This document shows positions 19,495 to 28,335 of a DNA stretch of 64,000 nucleotides, in pieces (within the stretch, counting starts at the first letter, position 1; each line of letters begins with the position of its first letter). The stretch covers positions 10,647-74,646 of the forward strand of contig JAHEIW010000006.1 of assembly GCA_024639185.1 (NCBI GenBank). The letters run 5' to 3'. A model generated the notes under the pieces. It had not been told where the DNA came from. It saw nothing but the letters and a program-made list of their open reading frames with translations, and did not search any database. The DNA comes from Deltaproteobacteria bacterium (lineage in GTDB: Bacteria; Desulfobacterota; Desulfobacteria; Desulfobacterales; JAHEIW01). The position numbers and the translations under genes were made by a program.

Positions 19495-19881
19495 TAATTT
19501 AATCTTGCATGAAAAGTAATGAGAAATTTATATTTTGTTAAATGGCATCATGTTAAAAAACTCATAGCATATAGTACAGACTGCCGTTTTAAATAATAAG
19601 ATTAAAATCATTTTATCTCATTACTTTTCACCCGGCGGGCGAGCCCTATTGAATCCCCTGCTGGGGCCGCGAAGCGGCATTCAACAGGGCGAGCCGGAGA
19701 CTTCCACCTGCTGTGTTACCTGCCCGCCATCGCGACCCGCCCGCCTCGCCTTGCGGTCTCGCATGGCGGGCGTGGGCCGCTCAGGCGAGGCGGGCGGGTT
19801 AAGGCCGAGGCATAGTTCACTATAGCCTCGACCTTAAATACCTTGTATATAAAAGCCCACGACTCGTGCAAGATCCAGTTA
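19495..19881. mobile_element. Copy A of a TIR-bounded, highly structured MITE-like element (or structured ncRNA gene)
   Basis: 18-nt TIRs TAATTTAATCTTGCATGA / reverse complement of TCGTGCAAGATCCAGTTA. Homologous throughout to 49296-49631 in the opposite orientation. Carries an extra 50-bp insert at 19646-19695. Confidence 0.7.
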
Positions 19882-19909
19882 CTGTCAATACCAAAAGATT
19901 GGGAGGCCG

Positions 19910-21874
19910 ATGGACCCCACTTTTCACAACGCCTTGTTGGATTTGAAAGAGGGCATCCCGCGCCTGGCGCAGCTGCTGCAGTGCGGTCAGGCGTCCGAGA
20001 TGGCTTCCTGGCGTCATATCGTGGAAGTCAAATTGATTCCGCGGTTTTCAACAGATTTCCCGGTAGTGGCCGCCATATGCGGCGGCGGTTCCTCCGGAAA
20101 ATCCACTTTGTTCAACTCTCTGGCCGGAGAGCGTCTGGCACCCGCCGGCGGCCGGGCCGGCATGAACCGTCGGGTGTTGTTTTCGGTTCCCGAATCCCTG
20201 GTAAAGCAAAACCGGCTGGTCTCCGATCTGGCCGAGCCGTTTAAAGCCGATCTGCAACCGCTTAAAGACAGCGCTGAACTCACCCTTCCCGGGAATCCGC
20301 TGTATGTGATCAACCGCAGCGGGTCGCAGGATCTGGTGTTATTGGATACTCCCGACTTTGACACCGGCGCCAGGGGTGAATACACCAACCGGGACGTGAC
20401 CCGCATGGCGCTGGAAGCGTCCGATATCTTCATTTATATCTTTACCAACTCCAATTACAACAACCGCGACAATACCGACTTCATGTCGCAGATGCTGACC
20501 GGTATCGGTACCCGCAAATGTTTTTTGATCTACCGTGTCTACCCCAATTTCAGCGATCAGGAAGTGCGCGAGCATTCCATGACCGTCGCCAACGGCATTT
20601 ATGGCGCTGACGGTGCAGAAAATATCCTGGGTATTTACCGTACCGATGAAGATAACCGCGTGGCGGCCGGGGAGCAATTCATGCAGCTGCGGCCTGTCAC
20701 TGAAAATGCCGCCGGATTCGAAGCGACTTTAGCCGCCATCGACGCCCCGCATTTGCGACTTGAGCTTCACGGCACCATCCTGACGGATGTTTTTAAAAAG
20801 GCTGAAACCTTTCTGGCGGATGCCCGCTGCTCGCTGGATGAGCTGCAGCTCTATCTGGACGCTTTTCAAACCGTCCAGAGTCAGTACGTGCATGAAGCCC
20901 TCAAACATTTTCCCATGGATCGGGTGATGAAGCGCTTTGCCAGGATCTGGGCTAAAACCGACCCGGCCCACATTAAGTTTATGCGCAAAACCGGCAATGT
21001 CATCGAGTTTCCCCTCAAGATGCTTCTGGACGCCGCCGGCTGGGCCAAAGCGCGTGTGGCGCCGGGCCCGGACGGCCCCAGGGATTCCACCGATTTTAAT
21101 AAAAAGCTCGAAGAAGACCTGGTCACCGCGGTGACCAGTTTGCACGCCCAGGCCATCGGCCCGCAGATCTCGGTTAACGGATCCCTGAACGATCCGGCGG
21201 TCGAGCGCATGGCCGAATGTGTTGAACGCGTTCGAATCGCGCGCCGGATTACCGACTCGCAAAATCCACGGGCGGAGTCCGCCGATAAGGACCGCATTCT
21301 GCGGTTTTTTGTCGATACTCACCCGGCTGTTTTGCCGCAGCAGGCACGTTTGCGGGATAAAGATTTTAAGGCCATGCTGCAGAAGATTCTGTCTGAAAAG
21401 GAAGAATTGCTGGATATCCCCGCCGATATGGTCAAAGATTTAAAAGATCTGGCCAACGAATTTCGCAGCCAGATGGGGCTGTGGTCGAAAATCAGCCAGA
21501 CCTTCTGGGCGTCGCTCAATGTTTTGCCGGCCACGGCAGCCGTGACGTATGTGCTGTCCACCGGTGATCCCGTCGGCGCCGCCGGCATCAAGGTCAAATT
21601 AACCGGGCTTTTCGGGGCCAAAGACCTTTATGCCCTGGTGGCTATACCGGTGACCACCCAGATGAAAAAAGCAGACCAGCAACAACTGCAGACCATGCTG
21701 GGCCCCATCGCCCAGGCCTGGTTTGACCATAAACTTAAAAAGGTGCAGCAGCTTTTCGAGGATACCATCACCGGTGATACAATCGGCAATGTGAGCGAAA
21801 CGATAGAACGGGCAACCGATGATCTGGCAGCGCTAAAAACAAGCATGGATGTCTGTGCAAAGGAGCTCGGGTAA
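19910..21874 (+). CDS. Large P-loop GTPase, dynamin-like/LeoA-like, with hydrophobic paddle-like segment
   Basis: GGGAGG RBS. G1 ICGGGSSGKSTL and G3 LLDTPDFD, with no canonical NKxD (closest is YNNRD). The C-terminal half is long and helical. Hydrophobic stretch LNVLPATAAVTYVLSTGDPVGAAGI. Confidence 0.75.
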   Translation: MDPTFHNALLDLKEGIPRLAQLLQCGQASEMASWRHIVEVKLIPRFSTDFPVVAAICGGGSSGKSTLFNSLAGERLAPAGGRAGMNRRVLFSVPESLVKQNRLVSDLAEPFKADLQPLKDSAELTLPGNPLYVINRSGSQDLVLLDTPDFDTGARGEYTNRDVTRMALEASDIFIYIFTNSNYNNRDNTDFMSQMLTGIGTRKCFLIYRVYPNFSDQEVREHSMTVANGIYGADGAENILGIYRTDEDNRVAAGEQFMQLRPVTENAAGFEATLAAIDAPHLRLELHGTILTDVFKKAETFLADARCSLDELQLYLDAFQTVQSQYVHEALKHFPMDRVMKRFARIWAKTDPAHIKFMRKTGNVIEFPLKMLLDAAGWAKARVAPGPDGPRDSTDFNKKLEEDLVTAVTSLHAQAIGPQISVNGSLNDPAVERMAECVERVRIARRITDSQNPRAESADKDRILRFFVDTHPAVLPQQARLRDKDFKAMLQKILSEKEELLDIPADMVKDLKDLANEFRSQMGLWSKISQTFWASLNVLPATAAVTYVLSTGDPVGAAGIKVKLTGLFGAKDLYALVAIPVTTQMKKADQQQLQTMLGPIAQAWFDHKLKKVQQLFEDTITGDTIGNVSETIERATDDLAALKTSMDVCAKELG

Positions 21875-21877
21875 ACA

Positions 21878-23662
21878 ATGAATATTGATCGCCATACGGC
21901 CATTTTAAAGGCCCTGGGCAAAATTGCTGAATGCAAAAATGATTTGCAGCGCTTGAGTGCTGAGCTCGGCCAGGCACCCCTGTGGCTGCCGGGTCGGGGG
22001 CTTGAAAAACAGTGCCGCCAGGCCGCCGGCATGATCGACGGCATTGCCGAGCGCTTCGAGCGCAAGCTGGTGCTGACGCTGGTCGGGCCCAGCGGCTCGG
22101 GTAAATCCACCCTGTTGAATGCCCTGGCAGGCGTGGATGACCTATCCGATATCGGCCATCAGCGCCCCACCACCGATCATTTAATTGTGTTTAGCGCCAA
22201 TCCAGGCGATAGCGACCAACTGGTCGAAGAGCTGGACAGTGAAATCGTCGAAACGCGTTCAAACCCGGCAGCCGTGCGCTTCGAGCACGTGCTGTTGATC
22301 GACACCCCCGATACCGACAGCCGCGCATTTCGCAAACATATTCCGATCGTTGAAAAGACCATCGCCCGATCCGATATGCTGATTTGCGTGTTTGATGCTG
22401 AAAATCCCAAACGACGGGACCATGTCGATTTTCTGGCGCGCTTTATCCCCAATTTCAGCGGCGAGTCGCTGGTGTGCGTCCTGAATAAATGCGACCGCCT
22501 TGCGGAGCCTGAGCTCAAGGATCAAATTGTGCCGGATTTTCTGGAACATATCCGCCGGGGCTGGCAGGTGCCGGCCGATCGGGTGTTTTGCATATCCGCG
22601 CGGGGCAATTTGAATGATCCGGACTGGGATGCCGCCGCAGCGCCGCGGCACGCATTTGATGAGTTTGAGGAGCTGCAACAGCTGGTCGTCAACACGATCA
22701 ACCAGGCCGGATATGTCATTGACCGCCGCATAGAAAACGTACGGCGCCTGCGGGATTTTGTTTTTGAGGAAGCCGGGCGCCACGTCTTAGACCATAAAAT
22801 GGCACTATCCGATGCGGCTGATCGCATCGCCGCATCTGAGAAAAAGGCGCTCGAGGATGCCCTCGCCGGTATACAGGAAAGCGGAGTACAACAATTGTTC
22901 GGGTTGAATGTACTGGTGTATCAAAAACTGGCCCAGCGCTGGCTGGGTCCCATGGGCTGGATGATTGCCATCTGGGCGCGGTTGTTGATTTTTGGAAGCG
23001 GACTGATGGCTGTTTTGCGATTCGGCCGGCCGGTGCGCCAGGTGCTCAACCGGTTGTCGGCCTTAAAACAGTCAACGGATACCCGGGCGGCGCTTGAAGA
23101 TCCGCAAAAAGACCAACAGATGGCAGCGGCTTTTAGAAACTACCGGTTGGCGGTGCTGGAAAGCTGGCCGGACATCGCGCTCTCTCTTGTTCAGGGTGGC
23201 TTTGACAGCTCGGTTCGCAAAGTCGAAGAAGCGCTGTCCGGCACTGATGGTTTCGAACAAAAGCTGGCCGCCATCTGGAGCGGTGCCCTCGACGGCCAGA
23301 TCCAGCGTTTAACCGCTAAGCTCAGTGGCCTGTTTGTTCAACTCCTTTTTAATTTACCCGCCATCGGCATTCTGGGCTACTGCGGCTGGCTGACCCTTGA
23401 ATCCTTTTTCACCGGCGAGTACCTTTCCGGTGATTTTTTCATGCACGCCTTCTGGGCCATCGGCCTGGTTTTGTTTTTAAGCTTCTTTATTCTGCAACTG
23501 TGCATCCGGGCCGCAGCCTCCAGCAACCGGATCACGGCCAGGGCATTTGAGCAACTCAAGCATCAGCTGGAACATTTAGAGGAGCTCAATCAAAATCCGG
23601 TTAAAGCCCAGCTGGATACCGTGCTGGCGCTGGCAGCACTGGCGGAATCCAAACAAAAATAA
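21878..23662 (+). CDS. Large membrane-anchored P-loop GTPase, dynamin-like/LeoBC-like
   Basis: Starts 3 nt after the upstream stop. G1 LVGPSGSGKSTL, G3 LIDTPDTD, G4 LNKCDR. C-terminal hydrophobic helices (GWMIAIWARLLIFGSGLMAVL, LFVQLLFNLPAIGILGYCGWL, AFWAIGLVLFLSFFILQLCI). Confidence 0.8.
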   Translation: MNIDRHTAILKALGKIAECKNDLQRLSAELGQAPLWLPGRGLEKQCRQAAGMIDGIAERFERKLVLTLVGPSGSGKSTLLNALAGVDDLSDIGHQRPTTDHLIVFSANPGDSDQLVEELDSEIVETRSNPAAVRFEHVLLIDTPDTDSRAFRKHIPIVEKTIARSDMLICVFDAENPKRRDHVDFLARFIPNFSGESLVCVLNKCDRLAEPELKDQIVPDFLEHIRRGWQVPADRVFCISARGNLNDPDWDAAAAPRHAFDEFEELQQLVVNTINQAGYVIDRRIENVRRLRDFVFEEAGRHVLDHKMALSDAADRIAASEKKALEDALAGIQESGVQQLFGLNVLVYQKLAQRWLGPMGWMIAIWARLLIFGSGLMAVLRFGRPVRQVLNRLSALKQSTDTRAALEDPQKDQQMAAAFRNYRLAVLESWPDIALSLVQGGFDSSVRKVEEALSGTDGFEQKLAAIWSGALDGQIQRLTAKLSGLFVQLLFNLPAIGILGYCGWLTLESFFTGEYLSGDFFMHAFWAIGLVLFLSFFILQLCIRAAASSNRITARAFEQLKHQLEHLEELNQNPVKAQLDTVLALAALAESKQK

Positions 23663-23887
23663 ACAGCGCTGCCTTCAATACCTGTATCGTGATATCAAAC
23701 GCTCAGCTAAGATTTACTGGCTACTGGCAGATGGTCTGAAGAGTTGATCGCTTGCTATAGTCTCTCGTATGCAGCTTCCCGCAAACCATTGAGCGGGATC
23801 TGATCACAAAAAGATAGCCAGCAGCCAGAAGCAATAAGTTAAAAAATTAAAATAATTCGAGTTTTAAACAATTGTATATTTTGAATT

Positions 23888-24985
23888 ATGGGCACCTGCA
23901 CCCTATGCGAGCGGAACTCGCCGGACATTTCCCAGGCCCTAAGCGTCTGTTTGGCATGCATTCGCCGGCGGCCGCAGGAGGCAATGGATATTGCCACACG
24001 GGTACACCGGCAAAGCCGGCTGGAATTCGGGCTGCCGCTCCGGCCACCTGACGATCCGGAGGGTGTGCACTGTCGGATTTGTATGAACCGCTGCCGCATA
24101 CCTGCAAATAAAAGCGGGTACTGCGGTTTGCGCCGCAACCAAAACGGTCGCCTGGCGGGGGTTACGACTACCAGCGGTAAACTTTCCTGGTATCATGATC
24201 CCCTGCCCACCAATTGCGTGGCCGACCGGGTTTGTCCCGGCGGAACCGGTTGCGGCTTTCCCCAATATGCCTATCGCCGGGGTCCTGAAACCGGCTTCAA
24301 GAACCTGGCGGTTTTTTTCCAGGGCTGCTCGTTTAACTGTCTGTATTGTCAGAACTGGCATTTTCGAAACGAAACACTCGCAGCACCCTTTCATTCTGTG
24401 GAAGAATTGGTGGCGGACGCGGATGAGCAAACATCCTGTATTTGCTATTTCGGGGGAGATCCTTCTCCGCAGATACCTTTTTCTATAGAAGCTTCGAAGC
24501 AGGCCCGGGAAAAAGCGACGGGCCGGATTTTGCGAATCTGCTGGGAGACAAACGGTTCCCTCAACTCGGACCGGCTCGATCAGATGATGGAAATCGCCTT
24601 GCAATCCGGCGGCTGTGTAAAGTTCGATCTTAAGGCCTGGGACCCGGTGCTGCACAGGGTTCTCACCGGTGTTTCCAATCAAGCCACACTGGACAATTTT
24701 AGGCGCGCAGCTGAAAAAATCTCCGAGCGACCGGTTCCGCCGTTGCTGGTTGCCAGCACCCTGCTGGTTTCGGGGTATATCGACCCGCAAGAGGTTGCTG
24801 CGATTGCTGAATTCATTGCCGGGCTCAACCCCGATATCCCTTACAACCTGCTGGCCTTTCACCCGCAATTCTTAATGTCCGATATGCCGGTGACGTCAAA
24901 AGCGCTGGCGATGGAATGTCTTCAGACCGCCCGGGATGGCGGGCTAACCCGTGTACGGCTGGGGAATGAGCATCTGCTATCTTAA
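23888..24985 (+). CDS. Radical SAM enzyme of the PflA/AmrS activase-like type with N-terminal Cys-rich extension
   Basis: CSFNCLYCQNWHF (CxxxCxxC cluster). N-terminal CTLC...CLAC and CRICMNRC...GYCGLRRN, typical of this activase-like group. Confidence 0.8.
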   Translation: MGTCTLCERNSPDISQALSVCLACIRRRPQEAMDIATRVHRQSRLEFGLPLRPPDDPEGVHCRICMNRCRIPANKSGYCGLRRNQNGRLAGVTTTSGKLSWYHDPLPTNCVADRVCPGGTGCGFPQYAYRRGPETGFKNLAVFFQGCSFNCLYCQNWHFRNETLAAPFHSVEELVADADEQTSCICYFGGDPSPQIPFSIEASKQAREKATGRILRICWETNGSLNSDRLDQMMEIALQSGGCVKFDLKAWDPVLHRVLTGVSNQATLDNFRRAAEKISERPVPPLLVASTLLVSGYIDPQEVAAIAEFIAGLNPDIPYNLLAFHPQFLMSDMPVTSKALAMECLQTARDGGLTRVRLGNEHLLS

Positions 24986-25036
24986 GGTGTCATTATTCAG
25001 AGGACAGAAGTCAGAAATCAGAAGACAGAAAAAAAA

Positions 25037-25564
25037 ATGCCTAAAGGCAACCATATATTGATTTCCGGAGTGCCGGGGTCGGGTAAGACAACCCTTTTAC
25101 GGCGGCTGGTTGATGAATTGCGGCACCTGAATCCGGTCGGTTTTTACACCGCTGAAATCCGGAGGGGCAAATCCCGTCAGGGCTTTAGCCTCTGCAGTTT
25201 GGATGGCCGCAGTGGAACGCTGGCCCACGTGGCCTTGCACACCGGTTATCGGGTGGGGAAATATGGCGTTGATGTCAACGCTTTGGAGGCGTTTTTGGAA
25301 AAATTATCGTTTTCGGCTTTGCACACCGGTCTGGTGATGATCGATGAAATCGGCAAGATGGAATGTCTATCCGATCGGTTTACAGAATTCATAAAGGGGG
25401 TCGTCGATTCCGACAGGCGCCTGGTTGCAACCATCGCCCAGAAGGGGGTTGGCCTCATCGCCGAATTAAAGAAACGTCCAGACGTACGGCTGTTTAAGGT
25501 GACACGGCAAAATCAGGACGAGCTTTTCAACAAAATCTGTTTGCCTTTAAAAACCATGGAGTAA
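25037..25564 (+). CDS. THEP1-like nucleoside-triphosphatase (COG1618)
   Basis: Walker A ISGVPGSGKTTLL and Walker B VMIDEIGKME. About 175 aa, as in the family. Confidence 0.8.
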   Translation: MPKGNHILISGVPGSGKTTLLRRLVDELRHLNPVGFYTAEIRRGKSRQGFSLCSLDGRSGTLAHVALHTGYRVGKYGVDVNALEAFLEKLSFSALHTGLVMIDEIGKMECLSDRFTEFIKGVVDSDRRLVATIAQKGVGLIAELKKRPDVRLFKVTRQNQDELFNKICLPLKTME

Positions 25565-25657
25565 TGGAGTATCGGTGTGATGGAGTAATGGGTGGAATGA
25601 ATGACGTCATTTCTGGCTTTTACAATACTCCAATACTCCAGTACTCCAACACTCCAT
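25554..25657. repeat. REP-like palindromic element (GGAGTA/TACTCC repeats) between convergent genes
   Basis: ATGGAGTAATGGAGTATCGGTGTGATGGAGTAATGGG faces CAATACTCCAATACTCCAGTACTCCAACACTCCAT. Confidence 0.75.
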
Positions 25658-26166
25658 TAAGTTGATTTGAGACCAAACACCTGCTCAAACCAGCGCAGCG
25701 ATGCGGTATCGGCAATCTTTAGCCTTTTGGCGACGGCCGGCGAAAATATGGCAAATGTCCCGCTGGCCCTGGCGCAGCATACGTCGTCTGCGTTTAAGAT
25801 CTTGCCTTCCATCAGGGCTTCACGCCGACTGATCTTATCGAGCACTCTGCCCTGAACTTTCAACGGGTTTTCGACGTATACGGGTTTAATAAAATCAACA
25901 GAGATCGATTTGGTCATGGGGATTTGCTTGAGCAAATGGATCGTGGCCCAGCTCATAATCTCGTCTAAAATCGTACTCAGGACGCCACCGTGCACCAGAT
26001 TATTCCAGCCACACAGGTGCTCCGGGACGGTTACATGCGAGGTCACGCATTGATCGCCTGCCAAAAAGGACATCTGCAGGCCGGAAGGATTGGTCGGGCT
26101 GCATCCGAAACAGTTATGATCACGATTGTTGGGCAGCGGTTTTAAAGATGGCGGTATTCGATCCAT
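25657..26166 (-). CDS. PaaI-family hotdog-fold thioesterase
   Basis: N-terminal CFGCSPTNPSGL, then HLCGWNNLVHGGVLSTILDEIMSWA, typical of PaaI/4HBT-like thioesterases. Confidence 0.8.
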   Translation of the reverse strand: MDRIPPSLKPLPNNRDHNCFGCSPTNPSGLQMSFLAGDQCVTSHVTVPEHLCGWNNLVHGGVLSTILDEIMSWATIHLLKQIPMTKSISVDFIKPVYVENPLKVQGRVLDKISRREALMEGKILNADDVCCARASGTFAIFSPAVAKRLKIADTASLRWFEQVFGLKST

Positions 26167-26176
26167 TCAGGGCCGC

Positions 26177-27619
26177 CTATTGATAAATTTTTTCAAATAA
26201 TTTTTCAGCCAGTGCGTTATCCAATTTGCGCAGAATTTTATATTGTTCCAGGGCGGCGACCTTATCGCCTTGCTCCAGATAGGCCTGCCCGATGGCAAAA
26301 TGGGCGGGTGCAAAATCCGGATTGATCCGAAGGGCCATTTTATAGGCCGACATTTCGTCTGTGGCGTTGCCCAGTTCGCCGTATACAACCCCAAGATTAA
26401 ATATGGCCTCCGGAAATTCAGGATGGATGTCAATGGCTTTTTTGTAGGCCATGACGGCCAGATCGTATTGGCCGGTTCTGGTATAGGCCACGCCGATATT
26501 GTAGTAGGCATTTTGCGCCTGCGGATTGATGCGGATAACACTTTCAAAAGCTTGGCGGCCTTGATCATAGCGGCCCATCTTGTTGTAAATCATTCCGAGA
26601 TTAAAATAGGCGGCTTCAAACTCCGGATTTAGCGCTACCACCTGCTCAAAGGATTCAATGGCCTCGTCGTAGCGACCGATTTTACTGTAGTAATTCCCTA
26701 TATGATAATGCGATTCCTCGTTGGTCGGATTGGTTTTGATAGCCTGCTTATATGCCGCAATGGCCTCTGTGTGAGAATTTTTACCGGCATAACAGTATCC
26801 CAGCCCGTACCAGGCGGTGGTGCTGCCGGGATCATTTTCGGTGGCCAGTTTAAAATACTGCAGGGCTTTTTGGTCCTGACCATTTATCGAAAAGCTAGAT
26901 CCTTTGCGGCACAGCTCGGCTGCCAGGCGCGGCTTCTGATCACTGCTGCTGAATGTCCATTCTGATATTGACTGTGCGCTGGCCTTGATTTTTAAGTCGC
27001 GAATCGACTTGCTTGCGACGGCAAAATTGAGATTTTGTCCCCGTAAAAATTGGAAGCTGGCCACGCCGACAACCTTGCCTTTCATATTGACGACCGGGCT
27101 GCCGCTTGATCCGGGAGATATGGGGGCCGACATCTGAAAAAACGTTCCCAGACCCGGTATTTCACGCACCGAGGAAATAATTCCGTCACTGACTGATTGC
27201 TCCAGACCCATAGGACTGCCTACGACAACCACCTGCTGGGCCACCGGAGGCACCTCATTGCTCACATGCAGCCAGCGAACTTTTTCCATGGGGATATCGA
27301 CACTGACCTTGATTAAATCGGTTTCCTGGCTCTCGGCCACAACCGTTCTGATACGGTAGGTGCTGCCGTCAGCAATTCTGATCTCGGCGCCGAATTTACC
27401 GGCAAGCACATGATGATTCGTTATCAAATGACCGTATTTATTGACAAAGAACCCGGTGCCGATATTCGCTACATTGTTGTTAACGTCATAAGCGACAACC
27501 GTGGCCACGGCCGGCTGGATGGACTTTACCAGTTCAGTTAAATTGCCGGCTGCCATGGCGCTGGTTGAAATCGCCATCGCCACCATAATTGTTAAATATG
27601 TTTGTATTTTTAATTTCAT
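26177..27619 (-). CDS. Secreted trypsin-like serine protease (S1C-like) fused to TPR repeats
   Basis: Signal peptide MKLKIQTYLTIMVAMAISTSAMAAG. LITNHHV (His), SAPISPGSSGSPVVN (Ser). The C-terminal half carries about 7 TPR units (AWYGLGYCY..., AYFNLGMIY..., AYYNIGVAY...). Confidence 0.85.
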   Translation of the reverse strand: MKLKIQTYLTIMVAMAISTSAMAAGNLTELVKSIQPAVATVVAYDVNNNVANIGTGFFVNKYGHLITNHHVLAGKFGAEIRIADGSTYRIRTVVAESQETDLIKVSVDIPMEKVRWLHVSNEVPPVAQQVVVVGSPMGLEQSVSDGIISSVREIPGLGTFFQMSAPISPGSSGSPVVNMKGKVVGVASFQFLRGQNLNFAVASKSIRDLKIKASAQSISEWTFSSSDQKPRLAAELCRKGSSFSINGQDQKALQYFKLATENDPGSTTAWYGLGYCYAGKNSHTEAIAAYKQAIKTNPTNEESHYHIGNYYSKIGRYDEAIESFEQVVALNPEFEAAYFNLGMIYNKMGRYDQGRQAFESVIRINPQAQNAYYNIGVAYTRTGQYDLAVMAYKKAIDIHPEFPEAIFNLGVVYGELGNATDEMSAYKMALRINPDFAPAHFAIGQAYLEQGDKVAALEQYKILRKLDNALAEKLFEKIYQ

Positions 27620-28047
27620 CGCTAATCCGTTTATAAGACTGATGACACGGTTTTCCTTTACCGGCAACAAAAGAATTAGATATATTTGCAGCAAAGACTC
27701 AAAACTGGCCATATGACATTGCCATTTTTAATGCCGTTGCAGGTCGCACTGGCGAAGACCGCTCTTAATTTAGGGTCGCTTTTTGTATTTTATGCTTACG
27801 CTTTTGTCTTGCGGCTTACCCTCACCCACCAGCGTTAATAAATCGGAATTTAAGCTGGCTTGTTGGATAAGGTCGCAAAAATTGTTAAGAAATTATCATA
27901 AGCACAAAATAGATGGAATAAAGTCCATCGCATGTTATTTCTACAGATTTTAGCGGCCCGCTTCCCGGCTTCCGCAAATTGTCGCGGGATGAAAGGGCTC
28001 TTAAATCAGTTCAAAAAAGCGGTATATACCACATATAGTATTTTTTC

Positions 28048-28077
28048 TTGACATTTATCAATATATTGTGATACTAT
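28048..28077 (+). promoter_or_regulatory. Sigma-70-type promoter with extended -10
   Basis: TTGACA (28048-28053), 18-nt spacer, TGaTACTAT (28069-28077). Confidence 0.6.
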
Positions 28078-28083
28078 CATCTC

Positions 28084-28290
28084 AGCATGTCAATGATTGT
28101 TGCTGGCCATTGGTAATAATCATTTGAGGGCAGGCTGGGCAAGCTCCATCTTGGAACTTGTCCAATATGGTCATAGTGAATTGCGACTGGGCATCGTATA
28201 CGATATTGAGTTGAATTGAGATTTTATGGTTTCACTATGGCTGTAATTAAATCACCCCCGGGTAGTGTGAGGGCTGCCCGGGGGTTTTTT
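28084..28290 (+). ncRNA. Candidate orphan small RNA (~205 nt)
   Basis: Lies between the promoter above and a strong intrinsic terminator. It holds only 9-15 codon ORFs. Internal hairpin CATAGTGAA/TTCACTATG. No plus-strand gene lies downstream. Confidence 0.5.
28254..28290 (+). terminator. Rho-independent terminator (possibly bidirectional)
   Basis: 9-bp stem ACCCCCGGG/CCCGGGGGT (28254-28262/28277-28285), 14-nt loop, then a T6 run ending at 28290. It also lies 46 nt past the end of the minus-strand gene 28336..28632. Confidence 0.8.
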
Positions 28291-28335
28291 AATTGATCGT
28301 ATAGCTGTATTGTCGGTCAAAGCAAGTTTTTCGGT

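Noticed and set aside
19495-19881. Whether the structured element is a retron ncRNA, an IS110 bridge RNA or an IscB/TnpB omega RNA
   Set aside because: No reverse transcriptase, IS110-type recombinase, IscB or TnpB gene is present anywhere in the window, and the element has its own TIRs. A MITE or an independent ncRNA fits better.
23939-24868. 309-aa minus-strand ORF antisense to the radical-SAM gene
   Set aside because: It is a shadow ORF. The plus-strand frame carries the CxxxCxxC radical-SAM signature, whereas the antisense translation is Arg/Gly/Pro-rich with no motif. The same reasoning applies to 13985..14671, 14957..15481, 20729..21322, 21628..22110, 22259..22783, 35439..35942, 10623..11084, 11085..11549, 12630..13061 and 53417..53941.
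26167-26568. 133-aa minus-strand ORF overlapping the 3' part of the protease-TPR gene
   Set aside because: It is an alternative frame of a gene with clear TPR repeats in the other frame, and no independent support exists.
28084-28290. Whether the candidate sRNA is 6S RNA
   Set aside because: 6S RNA needs extended pairing between its 5' and 3' ends around a central bubble. I could only pair a few nucleotides between the ends (ATCTCA / TGAGAT). This is not supported without a covariance-model search.
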